Shown: piece after piece, positions 23,437 through 35,655 of the stretch
How positions within the stretch are numbered: position 1 is the first letter of the stretch
How the letters are laid out: each line of letters opens with the position of its first letter
NCBI RefSeq assembly: GCF_006345805.1
Contig: NW_021835386.1
Span: 1 to 39,288, forward strand
Length of the DNA: 39,288 nt
Direction of reading: 5' to 3'
From: Octopus sinensis
Lineage: Eukaryota
The notes under the pieces: generated by a model
Databases searched by the model: none
Seen by the model: the letters and a program-made list of their open reading frames with translations, nothing else
Told to the model about the DNA's origin: nothing
Translations under genes and position numbers: made by a program

Positions 23437-24250
23437 TGAGGGTTGGCCTAAAAGTTCACAGTCTTAAACAAGATACTCTCATGGAATGTGACCAAATGAA
23501 TTTTATTTTTTTAACATAGCTCCCGTTGTGGTTCACACACGTCTTTCGTTAAGGTTGAAGTCCTTGAATACCCATTAGTGAAGAAGCTTTCGTCCTGTTG
23601 GTCAAAAAATGTTATCAACAGCAGGTATAATGTCATCACTGCGAAACTGGTTCCCAACCAAATGTTTGTTTCATTTTGAGATGATAGTCAAATGAGAACA
23701 CATCAGGAAATCAGGGCCAATGATCAACCAATTCAAAGCCAGTTACGCACAGCAGTCATTGATTGTAAGGACAGGTGAAACAAGACCTCTTTTATCAGTT
23801 TTCCTGGGCGTTTGGAGTTGATAGCCTTTTGTAACTGCCTCAGCAACTTGGCATAATACTCTCGATTAAAAATGTGGTCCCTGTGAAGATGGTTAATAAA
23901 CAAAATGCCTTTTGAACACAAACACAGCTAAAAAATCACAACCTTCTTGCAGATGAAACGGATTTGGCCTTCTTTGGAGCAGATAAGGAAGGGCGTTTCC
24001 ACTGGATGTCTTGTCTTTTTATGTCTGTTTCAAAGTGATGGACCCACCACCACATCATCTCATTACGAAACATTCAAGGAAACTTGATGGATCTGCATCA
24101 AAGACAGTCAGATTTTCCCGTGATGTGATTCCACAGCGGCGCCTTGATCAGGTAGAGAATTCCGTCATGCCAAATTGATGGAGTAGAAATCTTCGTCATC
24201 GCAAGTTCAATGTGCTGAACATTCTCAACTCATTCATGGAATACGCTAAT
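23437..24250 (-). mobile_element. Mariner (DD34D-type) transposon relic, one TIR retained
   Basis: TA plus TGAGGGTTGGCCTAAAAGTTC TIR at 23435. Transposase segment KGILFINHL...NREYYAKLLRQLQKAINSKRPGKLIKEVLFH. Confidence 0.85.
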
Positions 24251-25380
24251 AGTACTGGCGATTTGATTTAGAGTCCGAGGAATGCATTATGCGGCACTTT
24301 GGGTTTTCTTGATGTGCTATATTGAAAGGCAATTTGAAGGCAGAGTATGCTGTTCGTCTGCCGTCAAGAAGAGTCGAGGATATTCATGAGGAGGCAACAG
24401 CAATAACAAGGTCACCATTATGCCGCAAATTCGCAAGAAGATTCAGGAAGAATGTTTTTCCAGTATGACTTGCTGCGTCTAAGAAGATGTCCGCCAGTGT
24501 GTGTGTGTGTAGATGTTTCTGAGGACAAAGTTGGGCGATATTTCTATATGACTCGCAAAAATGTCAAACTAAACATCTGAGCCGACAGCCTTTTAGGTAA
24601 AGCGTTCGGTAAAATCCGTAATTTAAAAAAAACTTATTTACTTTTGTGGGTGGAAATGTATGTTTGATGTCAGTGTGAAGTGAAAGAGAGAGAAAATTGA
24701 TAGGGGACATGTTGCATGTGTTGATGGGGGTGCCAGACAGAAAGTGGTGTTGTATGTGTGAGAGAGGGGAGAGGGAAAGAGAGAGAGAAAGAGAGAGAAA
24801 GAAAGTGCCACTGTGTGTGAGACAGAGAGAGAGGGAGTGATAAGGTAATTTTTTTATTTATTTTGTATTTTTCGCTTCTTTTTTTAGTGAGTGTCTGAGT
24901 GATTCTCTGGGAGAGAGAGAGACGTGTTGTCATGTATGTTTTAAAATGGGTAGGATCAGTCACACACACACAATACATACGTCCACCCATATCTACCATA
25001 TACACGTACACATACATAAACATGCATACATGTTTTTCAGTCGAATGAGGCAACACACACGCACATTCTGATGGAAGGGAGACAATCACTTTCCGACCGT
25101 TACTTCGCAAAGAGTTACCTCCCTTGTCCACGATAGTCGCTATAGAAGGTTTTTCTGACATTCTGAACCTAAATGTCCCGTTACTACATAAGTGACAAAT
25201 TTAAAGTGTGTAGAACCTTCTGTGGAACATAGGGAATATATCTGCAAAGCATAGACGAAATCGGATGAAAACGTATCGATTTTATGTGGGATTAAGCTGA
25301 TGGTCGGTATCATAAACACACTCATAAACACACGCAGATCTTTCGTCTTATATATATCTATGTGTGTGTGCGTGCGTGCA

Positions 25381-25846
25381 AAAAATTTAGATTTTTTCTC
25401 TTACAAGGTTTTTTACGCTAACTACTGATAATTTCTTATAAAGATTTTATCCTTAATTTTAAATTTATATTTTTCACCGGAATAGTTCTATACTGAATTT
25501 GTGTTCCGAATAGGTAAATTGTTATCTGTGTTTTTTCTTACATGTCTTGAGTTCGTTGCACTGAAGAGCATAGATGCATATTCTGCATTGTCTGCGAAAT
25601 CACAGGTGGTATGTATCTAAATTCTGTTTTTAAATGACTTGCTTTGAAGTTTTGCATTCGGTAAAATTTGTTTTGACTGCAAAGGTCCCTCCTAGCGTGC
25701 GGTACCTATGAATAATAGTACCCTCTATATAATATAAATAAATTTTCAAAGTGGAAAAATCTACAGATTTTTTTCTCTTACGAGGTTTTTCACGCTAACT
25801 ACTGATAATTTCTTATAAAGATTTTATCATTAATTTAAATTTATAT

Positions 25847-25847
<1 letters not shown>
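25381..25847 (+). mobile_element. Non-coding partial tandem (377-bp period) hammerhead-carrying element, retrozyme or solo PLE terminal repeat
   Basis: About 90-bp direct repeats at 25381-25471 and 25755-25847 (37 nt identical) flank an HHR. Ends in (TA)n; no ORF. Confidence 0.7.
25557..25615 (+). ncRNA. Type I hammerhead ribozyme, core intact
   Basis: Stem I UGCA/UGUA; core CUGAAGA 25561-67; stem II GCA..AUGCA(uauuc)UGCAU..UGC; GAAA 25596-99; stem III AUCA(cagg)UGGU; cleavage triplet GUA 25609-11. Confidence 0.75.

Positions 25848-25924
<77 letters not shown>
25848..25924. repeat. (TA)n microsatellite
   Basis: Directly visible. Confidence 0.95.
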
Positions 25925-25928
<4 letters not shown>

Positions 25929-26743
25929 GACATGCAGTTTAGACCCCGCTACATGTCTGCATTCAAGAACTGAACTTTTCGCGTTATGCCCATATGTGGC
26001 CAAATATTTGTTACATTTTTGGTTCCCTCGAGACTACACATAGAACTTGCTTTCTATATTGTGCCCACGCACAAGCTTTTTACCTCTTTGTACTTTTTAC
26101 TTTTATTTCTTGTATATTTTTTAATACTTTTTATACATGGTTTATACGTTTATTGCTGATATATTTGTTACACAATTTTTCTGTATTCTACCTTCCACCC
26201 TGTTTTTCCCTGTGCGTATATAGACTTGTATATGGAATCCTTTGTGCGCGCATGTGTATGTGTGCGTGTGTGCGGGTATGTGTGTATATAGATGTGTACG
26301 CATGTGCGTGCATGCGAGTATGTGTCGTATACAGACGTGTTTTACTCAGTGATTTTACACATTTTCCTGTATTTTTGCACTTAACCTTGTTTTTTGTTGT
26401 GTATAGACGTATGTATGATCTTTTTTGTGCGTGCGTATATAGACGTATGCAGGTATGTGCGTATGTAGGCGTGTGTGTGCGTGCATACGGGTATGGTTGA
26501 CTCTTTGTACACTCCCTTAGATGAATGTATACTTTTAGGCGCACACACGTTGAGGTGCGGGCGCGCAACTGAAGCTATGAACATGTGCGCTTACGCGAAT
26601 ACTATGAACTATTTACTCCCTTACTTTCACTCTCTTACCTCACATAGCGGTCATTGAAATAGGTCTTTTTTTCATAATAACGGTGAATCACACAGTAATT
26701 TCCATTTGTATAACGGTCATTTTCCATAGCATTTTTCCGATGG

Positions 26744-26812
26744 CCTGATAACTGAAGTGATGGTGGCGTGTGGATTTCCACTTCGGCATCCGAAACTCGG
26801 AGTTTTATCAGG
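26744..26812 (+). ncRNA. Type I hammerhead-like motif with A9 substitution
   Basis: 8-bp stem I CCUGAUAA/UUAUCAGG; CUGAAGU; GAUG/CAUC plus GUGG/CCAC stem II; GAAA; ACUC(g)GAGU stem III; GUU site. Confidence 0.65.
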
Positions 26813-26844
26813 GCTACCGAATTATTACATTTACAGATATACAT

Positions 26845-27030
26845 ATACATAGATATATATATATAATATATATATATTATTATATATTATATATATAATA
26901 TATATATATATATTATATATATATATATATATTATATATATGTGCATTTATATACACACACATATCTATATATAATATATAATATTATATATATATAATA
27001 TATATATGTGCATTTATATACACACACACA

Positions 27031-27076
<46 letters not shown>

Positions 27077-27135
27077 GTGTGTGTGTGTATATATACAAAG
27101 ATGTATATATACATATATAAATACACAGATACACA
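26845..27135. repeat. (TA)n/(CA)n compound microsatellite region
   Basis: Directly visible. Confidence 0.9.
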
Positions 27136-27351
27136 TAGATATATTTGCCTAAATTTCAAAACAGTAAAACTGATCAATTTTAAAACATTGTATATGTCTA
27201 TATGCACGTGTGGAGTATGTGTTGTGTAATAAACTGTGTAAACCGGTTTTCTGTTGCTTTAATTTCTCTTATGATGACCTTTTATCACTCCTCTTACTCT
27301 TTTTCTCTTTCCGTATTGTAATATGTGTGTATGTGTGTGTGTGTATGTCTG

Positions 27352-27435
<84 letters not shown>

Positions 27436-27441
27436 TATGTG

Positions 27442-27858
27442 ATATACATCTGGAAAATCCTGGAGGGTCTTGTCCCAAACTTTGGCATTCAAAGTTACCC
27501 CAAACGCAGAACGGGGCGCCACTGCATGGTGCCAAAGATTCCAACATCACCTTCAAAACAAGGACCAGATACTGCAACAGCTTGGGTTTTAGAGGACCAC
27601 AGCTCTTTAACATCCTCCCTAAATGCCTGAGAGACTTGTATGGTGTGGATGTGGGTTTCTTTAAAACTAAACTGGATCTCTTCTTGTCGGGGGTCCCAGA
27701 TGAACCTACCTCGCGACAGGAGACACAGATGCGGGCAGCAACATCGAAATCCCTTTTGACCAGTACCACGTATCAGAGGTGGTTCACATATAGTGTAGCG
27801 GTGGTGCCCCAGTATGGCCGCAGCCTTCGGGTTGAAACATTTTTAAGGATTTAAGGAT
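27442..27858 (+). mobile_element. CR1/L2-group LINE 3' end
   Basis: IYIWKILEGLVPNFG ... YCNSLGFRGPQLFNILPKCLRDL..VDVGFFKTKLDLFLSGVPDEP, then a 3' UTR stem-loop and a short TTAAGGAT repeat tail. Confidence 0.8.
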
Positions 27859-28835
27859 GTATGTATTTATGTGTGTATGCATATACACATATACACATAC
27901 ATAAGTGTGTGTCTGTATATGCTTGTCTCTGTGTATCTGTGTATGTGTGTGCGTGTGTGTGTGTATCTGCGCATGTGTGTATGAGTGTACATGTCATATG
28001 GTTCAGTTTTACACAAAACAAAGCCTGAAAAGGATTGAGGGAACGATAAGCAGGCGTATTAGTTTAATGCTCGAGAAAAAAGGAAACGTCTTTAACCGTT
28101 TCAGTTTACGCTCTTCGACAGAAAGGATTGAGAGGAAAAAGATGGAGAGAGAGCGAAAACAAAAGGGGGGGGGGAATGTGTATGGAATAATGGTTCAGTA
28201 TGATGAAATAACCGGATCAAAACGGTTGCGTGAAAGCGCCTTTGCGTATGCGTTGATGGTGCATGTGTCTATGAATGTGTGAATGAGGGTGTGTGTGTAC
28301 AAGTTTATAAGTAACCTAGTACAAGGGTTTCTGTGGAGAGATGTGCGTTCGTGTATTCGAGCGCATGTTTGTGCGTACGTAGGGGCGTGTGTATGCGTGT
28401 GAGGCTATCGTGTATATGTGTGCGTATGGGAGTGTGTGTATGTGTAAAAATAAACTTAGTACGTGTGTTTTGCGGAGCGATGCGCGTTTCGTGTATTTGT
28501 GTGTGAGTGGTGCGTGTGTATGAACTTGTGTATATGTGTGTGAGGGGCTATGCACAGTATGTGTGTGAGGTTATCGTGTGTGTGTTTGTCTATTGTGTGG
28601 ATGTGTCTATATGGGTGTGTCTGTGTGGGTGCGTATGCAAACGCTTGTGTGTAGTAGTTCATGCCTGATGGTTCGAGTGGAGCGTGAACATCTTGCTTTT
28701 TTAAATTTATCTGAACTTCACTTTGCATCATCCTATTGATATACACTAATTGATTAGCAGTCTCCCATGATTTCTTTCTGCACCTAATTTGGTCTTCTGG
28801 TGAATCTTCCCCTTCTTCAGAAAGATAAAACACTC

Positions 28836-28845
28836 ATTATTATCA

Positions 28846-28894
<49 letters not shown>

Positions 28895-29004
28895 GATGAT
28901 GATGATGATGATGATCATCATCATCATCATCATCATCATCATTATTATTATTGTTATTGTTATTGTTGTTGTTGTTGTTGCTCTTGTTGTTGTTGTTGTT
29001 GTTG

Positions 29005-29036
<32 letters not shown>

Positions 29037-29080
29037 GTTGTTGTTGTTGTTGTTATTATTATCATTATTATCATTATTAT
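28836..29080. repeat. (ATT)/(ATG)/(ATC)/(GTT) compound trinucleotide array
   Basis: Directly visible; abuts the R4 D2 3' end. Confidence 0.95.
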
Positions 29081-30775
29081 TGTCTTTGCACAGCTTCTTA
29101 CGCTGGAGATATACTACTGTGCCAGCTGTTCACTACCTGTGAACTAAGGTAACACCATTTATTTTTCGTTCACAATCAGGAGTATTCGAGCCATTTCAAG
29201 CAGTGCTGTTTTCTGCAAGTAGTCCACCCTTATCGCAGCCCCTATTTGTTCCATGTACGTCTGAAGATTTTTACTCATTGTTTCCAGAGCTCCGGCAGGT
29301 ATTGGTACAACTACCACCTTCTTCATCGGCTACAACAGCTTAACCTCCTTAGCCAGCCTGTCATATCTATGGACTTTTCTTTCTTCCCTATCGCATACCT
29401 TGTGTCAGCTAGGCATGCTATATCTATGATCCATCATCGTTTGCCTTCTTTCTCAAATAACACTGTCTGGCTTTCTCGTGGTGGCACTGAATCATAAAAT
29501 CTAATAGGATCTTTACATTATCATTTTCGATGATGCCTTCGCTTTTGTGGTTGTACCACTTTTTTGTTCTGTCAAGTTTATATTATTGCAAAGTGTCTAA
29601 TAGACAAACATTGCTATATTGTCATGAGATCTCATATTCTTCCTGGGATAGTGGCGTACATTGACTGGTAATATGCCATACGGTTTCACCATTTTGTCTA
29701 CAGATTCTGCACTTATCAGTTTCTGATGTATTGTCTATTCTGTATTTGATCTAATTCGTTCTTAATGATTGTTCTTGGGCAGCACAGATTAGAGCCTCCG
29801 TTTCCCGTTTTAAATCACTTTTAGTCATCCATAGTCATCTTGTTTCTTTGTCTGTTATCTTCAATATCCCTATGAAATTGCCCATGCATTCTTTTCTGTC
29901 TGTCTAACCTGTTTAGTTGATCTGCTGTTCATGCGATTACCTCTGCTTCATAGGTAAGTATGAAACCGCCCAGGTTTTGATAGGTTCAATCTTATTCCGT
30001 CTGCTTAATTTCGACTTAGGGATCAGTATCAGTCTGTGCAAGTACTCCACCTCAATTTTTTCTGTCATTTCTTCCTCCATCACATTATCCATTTCCAATA
30101 TCCCCAAGCACTTATAGTCCGTGTCTTCTATCCGCTTCATAACCTTCCCTGACGGTATTGCTAGCCCGTCCATACATTTGATTATTTTGTTTCTCTTCAA
30201 CACTAACACGCCGCTCTCCACTCTTTCTGTCCGAGCTTTATTCTGATATCAGCACTGAAAGTATATACCGAATCAACGAGGGAACTGTCTTGGGAGTCAC
30301 CTTTACCATAAAGTTTGAGGTCATCCATGAATCACAAGTGGTTGATATTTTGTTGCCGTCTTTTGAATACATACCCAGCCTTTGCCTTCCCCAGAATCAA
30401 TGTTAGTGGTATTATGCACAGTACAAAGATCAGTAGGGACAGGGAATCCCCTTGGAAGATACATCTCCTGATTCCTATTGTACCTAAACGTCTTCCATAT
30501 GCTGTCAGTTCCGTCCTCCAATTCGTCATCCTTTTTCCAAGCAATTGCTCAACATTCGATGCAATACGTAATTGGTTCATGCATTCCAAGAATGTGTGAT
30601 CATATCGTGCACTTTACGATAATCGATCCATGTCATGGCCAATTTAGTTTTCCTCCTCTTGCAGTCTTTAAGTACAGTTTTGTTTACCAGTTCATTCTTG
30701 CTACCTTTGCTTTTCAGCTTGCAACCTTTCTGCTCATGTGGCAGGACACCATTTATTTCGCCAGATCCCCGTACA
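29081..30775 (-). mobile_element. R4/Dong-clade LINE, subfamily D, copy 2 (RT-CCHC-RLE, 5'-truncated, internally deleted)
   Basis: WIDYRKV, CIFQGDSLSLLIFVLCIIPLTLIL, FMDDLKLYGK (about 30320-30335), YKCLGILE; 3' end homologous to 16931-17270. Confidence 0.9.
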
Positions 30776-30849
30776 TTGACTGTAATACATAGACTGTATA
30801 TTATAATACACTGTTATGGGGATTTTAGAAGCTGATTCGCCAGAGTTAT

Positions 30850-32250
30850 AAATTATATTGTATTGTTTTGTTGTTTGTAAATTGGAGTCTCTAAGACTCA
30901 TTCCTTTCATAAAATATCAAAGCTTTCTGATCTGCAATATTAAGGTAAATTTATGTAGTCTTGAGCTCTTAACGGAGATGGTCCTAAATACTTCCGATGT
31001 GGCCATTATTTCGACAGATAGGTTTACTTCAGGATTGTTGTAAACTTTCTCTTCACTTTCATCACAACGCATTCAAAGTTATTCTGGAAGGCAAAAGCTA
31101 AAGATGAGTTAGGTTTTATTAATATCTCCGTTGTTCTCAAATAAGAAATATTTTTTGTTTATAAAGAGGCATAAGTATGTATTTTTCTGGCAGTTTTATT
31201 GAAACGGTTTTGCATCTTTCTCGCAGTTAAATAGTATAACATCTAGTCCGTAGGAGAGGCATTCTTGACACGACTGTTGTTTAAACTTTTGTCGTTATTA
31301 TTTATATAGAATATATTCTAGGCAGGATTTCAAGACGGGAGATACACTAAGAGTTAATCCACTTTTCCACTTCCTTCTGTGGACACTTCTTCCATTTTGT
31401 TATTTTATGTTTTTCTTTTTCTTTTTGTTATGTGTCTTTTAGGTAATGGACCTGCGTGAATAATATGTGCATCCAAGCAATTAATCCATGGTACTTTAAA
31501 TAGAGAAGTCAACAGTCACCTAAAAGGAAAACGTTCTATGATTATTGGTAAAAGTAACAGGGAAAACCATGAGCATTTGCAAAGAGACTAGGAACATATG
31601 TCTAAGAATAGGGCCTTTCCGTGCTTTCTTGTGGGGAAAGACATATAATCCATAAACTACATATTCCTTGACCTGACAGATATTTCTAACCAACATTGCT
31701 TCTTATTAAATATGTATCAACGTATAAAATCCCACTTTACCTCGTAGCTGATGTCATGATCTTCATCGATTACTGATAGCAAACACATGCGTTTTAAAGA
31801 TTAATTTTTGTTACTTTTTTTACCTGGCTTTTCTCACTTTTTTCTTAAAAGTTATCTCCACAAATTATCATCCGAAGTTGACATTCAATGAATAATTATA
31901 TAATAGCATTGTTTAATAATGATTTCTAATGCGATATTGTTTCCTCACGTAACATTGCTCATAGTAAACTCATGCAAGTTGCATGTGGGCAACTATACAT
32001 GTAATGTGTAAGCTTATTCACTGCATAATATATTGACAAATTAAAATAAAATCTATTATGCGCTGAAGGATGAACAACATTTTTTCGTGACTAATATGAT
32101 ATAAGGGTTTGCATTAGGAAGTACTGGACGGCAATTTAGAGCGTGTTTCATACTCTTTGAGCGGATAGGGCTCTCGGTGTGTATATTATTTGCCCTTATA
32201 ACCTTAGCAGTCTGGTGATTTTTGTAGAAGCGGCAGTTGTGTTGGTGGTG
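30850..32250 (-). mobile_element. Ancient Gypsy-like pol relic, copy 2
   Basis: Colinear nucleotide homology with 4990-7100, e.g. TCTAGGCAGGATTTCAAGACGGGAGATACAC vs TCTAGGTAGGTTTTCAAAACAAGAAATACAC, and IKLPEK vs IKLPDK with synonymous changes on the minus strand. Confidence 0.5.
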
Positions 32251-32662
32251 GTATTTTCTTTTCTGTCACGTTGACACGTTGTTGTTGCTTTATATTACCA
32301 CTAAACTGATGCAGATGGAAAATCAGAAAGTTTGGTTGTTTCTTAACTGTATATATGTTTGTATTTTATCTGATACCTATTTTTTCTGTGCTCCCGTATT
32401 TAAATGTTCAATCTATGCAGAGTTCTGCATTGTCGTAAATTGTGTGTGTCTGAGAAATGTAACATTCTTCACATTCCACTGATGTTATAACATTGATTAG
32501 GTTTTCAAAAGTACAAGTGAAGTTTTTGTTTGCGAAGAGTGAGTTGTCCATGATTGAAACGAATCTCCGATCCTTCTCTTAGGATAAAATATTTTCCACA
32601 GTTCAGTTATCTGCATTATTTACTGTTGTATGTGTATGTCTACAGGCATTATATATGTAGTG

Positions 32663-32700
<38 letters not shown>

Positions 32701-33109
32701 ATATAAATCAGTATATCAATAAGAATATTACATGCTGAATTTCTATTGAGTGCTCCATTGTATAAAGATATTAATACTATTAAAGCATTTATATATTTAA
32801 TACGAGCGATATATACATATATTTTTTGATAATATATTATTCTTATTAATATAAGGAAATTAATATCCAAACTCATCATAAAGATATACCCGTGCGAAAG
32901 AAATTATTGTATTAAAATATATATAAATAAATAAATACAAGTACATAAATATAATGTATAAAATAAATTTGATTCTCATACTAAAGTATATACAATTTTC
33001 ACATTTCTAAAGTAACTATATGAACTACACTGGAATACAAGATAATATGGCGGATTTTGAGTATGAATATTATGGATTATCGAAATAAAATAACCAAGGA
33101 AATATATAC

Positions 33110-33759
33110 CAAGTATGGCCGATGGTAATAAATTAAAACCGATGGTTGTGTTTAAGAGAAAAACTGTGCCGAAGGAGATATTTACAAAAAGAATTATCAT
33201 CCATGTGCATCCACAAGGATGGATAGAAGATGAGGGTCGTTGTAGAAAATGGATTAAAGATGTTGGGAATTTACGACCTTGTGGAATGCATTGGATGGTA
33301 CAGAAGACGATTGTCTATGGGATGACAAGGATAACGAAGTGGATGATGCGCTACCTCTAAATATGGACAGCGAAGATGATGATGAAGAGAATCCTTACGA
33401 TGATGCCATTCATCCTCATGATTAGGAAGCTTTATTCAGTGCTGAAGATGATAAACAGTGTGATTTTTTAGGATTTTAATAAACTTTTGTGCGTAAAATG
33501 ATGATATAACATAATTATGAGATATAAATTGATTTCACTCTGCTAGTTTGCTAGTCTGTTTGATGCATAAAATTAATATTACTGTAATTCACTTTGTTTT
33601 TATTCGCTTAGAGATCAGGTGGGATTCTGCTTCTGGTACTTGGGATTCTAGCTTGAATTCCAGCCCCTCAAAAGTAGTGTTCATGTAATAGACGACCCCA
33701 TAAACTTGACCTTAAAAGATTGTTTAAAATATTCGACTTTCTCACGAGTATATACGGTA
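33110..33759 (+). mobile_element. pogo/Tigger-type DNA transposon relic, right end
   Basis: ADGNKLKPMVVFKRKTVPKE...VHVHPQGWI resembles the pogo DDE_1 domain. Acidic tail and terminal CGACTTTCTCACGAGTATATACGG-TA (33734-33759). Confidence 0.85.
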
Positions 33760-35559
33760 TTCCGTCTCAATCACATCATTCGACAAGCTAATCTTCACGT
33801 AATTACTTTCCCAGTGTTTTTATTCCAAATAGGTTTGGACAGTAATGTAGCTTGTAGAGAATATTATGGGACTCGTGTTCCACATCCTGTTACCGTTATT
33901 CCAGAAGCTGACAGATTAATTCAGATGTAAAATAGCCGATCAGAAATAGAGTTCTTTTCTCTTTGTGTGACATATTCTGAATGAGTTATGATTATATGCA
34001 GTGTTTCCAACGATGTATGTATCGTTCGTAAAATCAAGCTATTACCTGTTGCTTCATCATTCATTGACATTCCTGCAAACAATGTGTATTCCATGCTACA
34101 AGCTCTTGAGTAGTATTCTTTTCAAGAGAATGTATTCCATATATTGCTACTGTGTTAGCCATTGTTACACCCTGTTCTAGAAAAACCTATATTCAAAGGC
34201 GTTCGAGCTGATTCCGTAGTATAAAGTGTCCTTAGTGAAGACGATATCCGTTGTTTGAGAGAAATTTGACTTTTATTTCCAGCAGGACACATGACTACGT
34301 AAACGTCCTCACATTGGATCATATTGCATATATTGTTGAAGAATAACTATTCTACAAGTCGTTTAATCTGTAATGATCTTAGTTTAAACTAATGCATCAT
34401 GGTCTTATAAGTAATCCAGTCTTTTTGCTTTTATCTAAAACAGTAAGACGTTTATTTGAAGGCCATTTGGCTGTTATTTCTAGGATATCTTGTAACCACA
34501 GAGACGCTACCTTTTGGTTCGTATTGCACAAGTGTATTTTGTAGAGGATGGAGCTTTCGTTGTATATTTAGTTGTATATTTAATATACACATGTGTTTCG
34601 ATAGTTTTATCATATCAGATCACATGTATGGATAGATAAGATATGTCCTCTGGTGATATAAAAATATTACACAGTATCATCAAATATCACAAAAATATTT
34701 GTTCCAGTAGGCGTCTCACTAACCAACGGATTAAATCGTGGCCTCTCACATTATGCCTATTCGAAAAGATTCTAGGATTGTACAAAATAATGAGTCTTTA
34801 AATAAAATTTGATAAAAGTATGTAAGAATTGCTATTCATAATTGTTCAATTAGCATGTTATTACAAATTTTGTATTGGAATGAGATACTGCTCCAAAATA
34901 ATTTTTCCTTCATTCTATGCTATAATAACTGAAGAGTGGTAACAACGGTTTTCCGTAGAATATAGGTATGATGCATACGATTTTTTGAAAATATCGTATA
35001 AAGCTTCCACGGCAAAATAAGTTTGAGGACCATTGTATGAGATACCTTCAAACGCTCCTTGTAAAACAACTAATAATAGCATCAGTAATCAAAGCTCTGA
35101 AGGCCTATACATACGTAAGCATTTTGTAATTGTTGATTTGAGGAATAGTAGCGTATTGCTTTTCTTTTATCCTTTAAGTTTTCCTTATTTTTAGAGATCC
35201 CATGATCGCAGCTGCACAGTAATATAACTATGTTTTTGACATTTCTTTCCATATATTACTTTCAGAACGTTTTACGTTGCTCCTAAAATTATATGACGTT
35301 GTTGTTGCTGTTGGGGATGAGATTCACTTTGATCGAGAAATTTCCGCCGTAATTATCCCGTCTAGTTTACAGTTCTCTAATAAACATATTATTTAATGTG
35401 TTCCCTGCCTAACATGAGGATGAGGATGTGATTTCAGGGCGTTTTGATTGATCCTTGAGAAAGATCGAAAGGCAAGAGAGAAATTTCACATCAGTGTGTT
35501 TCCGCAAATTTTATGATTAATAACTTCTCACATAATCTTTTTGTTTAGCCCTATGCTAT

Positions 35560-35655
35560 GGTAGGAAACACACTTTAGCTCATCATACAGTGAGCTTGAA
35601 CCTGGAACAACGTGGTTACTAAGTTGACTTCTTTACACAGCCATGATTGCACTCC
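35560..35655 (-). mobile_element. Degraded SINE family 2 head
   Basis: CAGTGAGCTTGAACCTGGAACAACGTGGTT...TTACACAGCCA parallels 17610-17675. Confidence 0.6.

Noticed and set aside
24250-24640. Possible second DNA transposon end next to the mariner relic
   Set aside because: No matching TIR or transposase motif identified.
28195-28245. AUGAUGA-UAACCG/CGGUUG-GAAA-GCGCCUU hammerhead-like order
   Set aside because: C3 is missing, stem II does not close and there is no stem I partner; plausibly chance.
33770-35500. Non-repetitive stretch with faint RT-like words on the minus strand
   Set aside because: Stops in every frame examined and no convincing motif; left unannotated.
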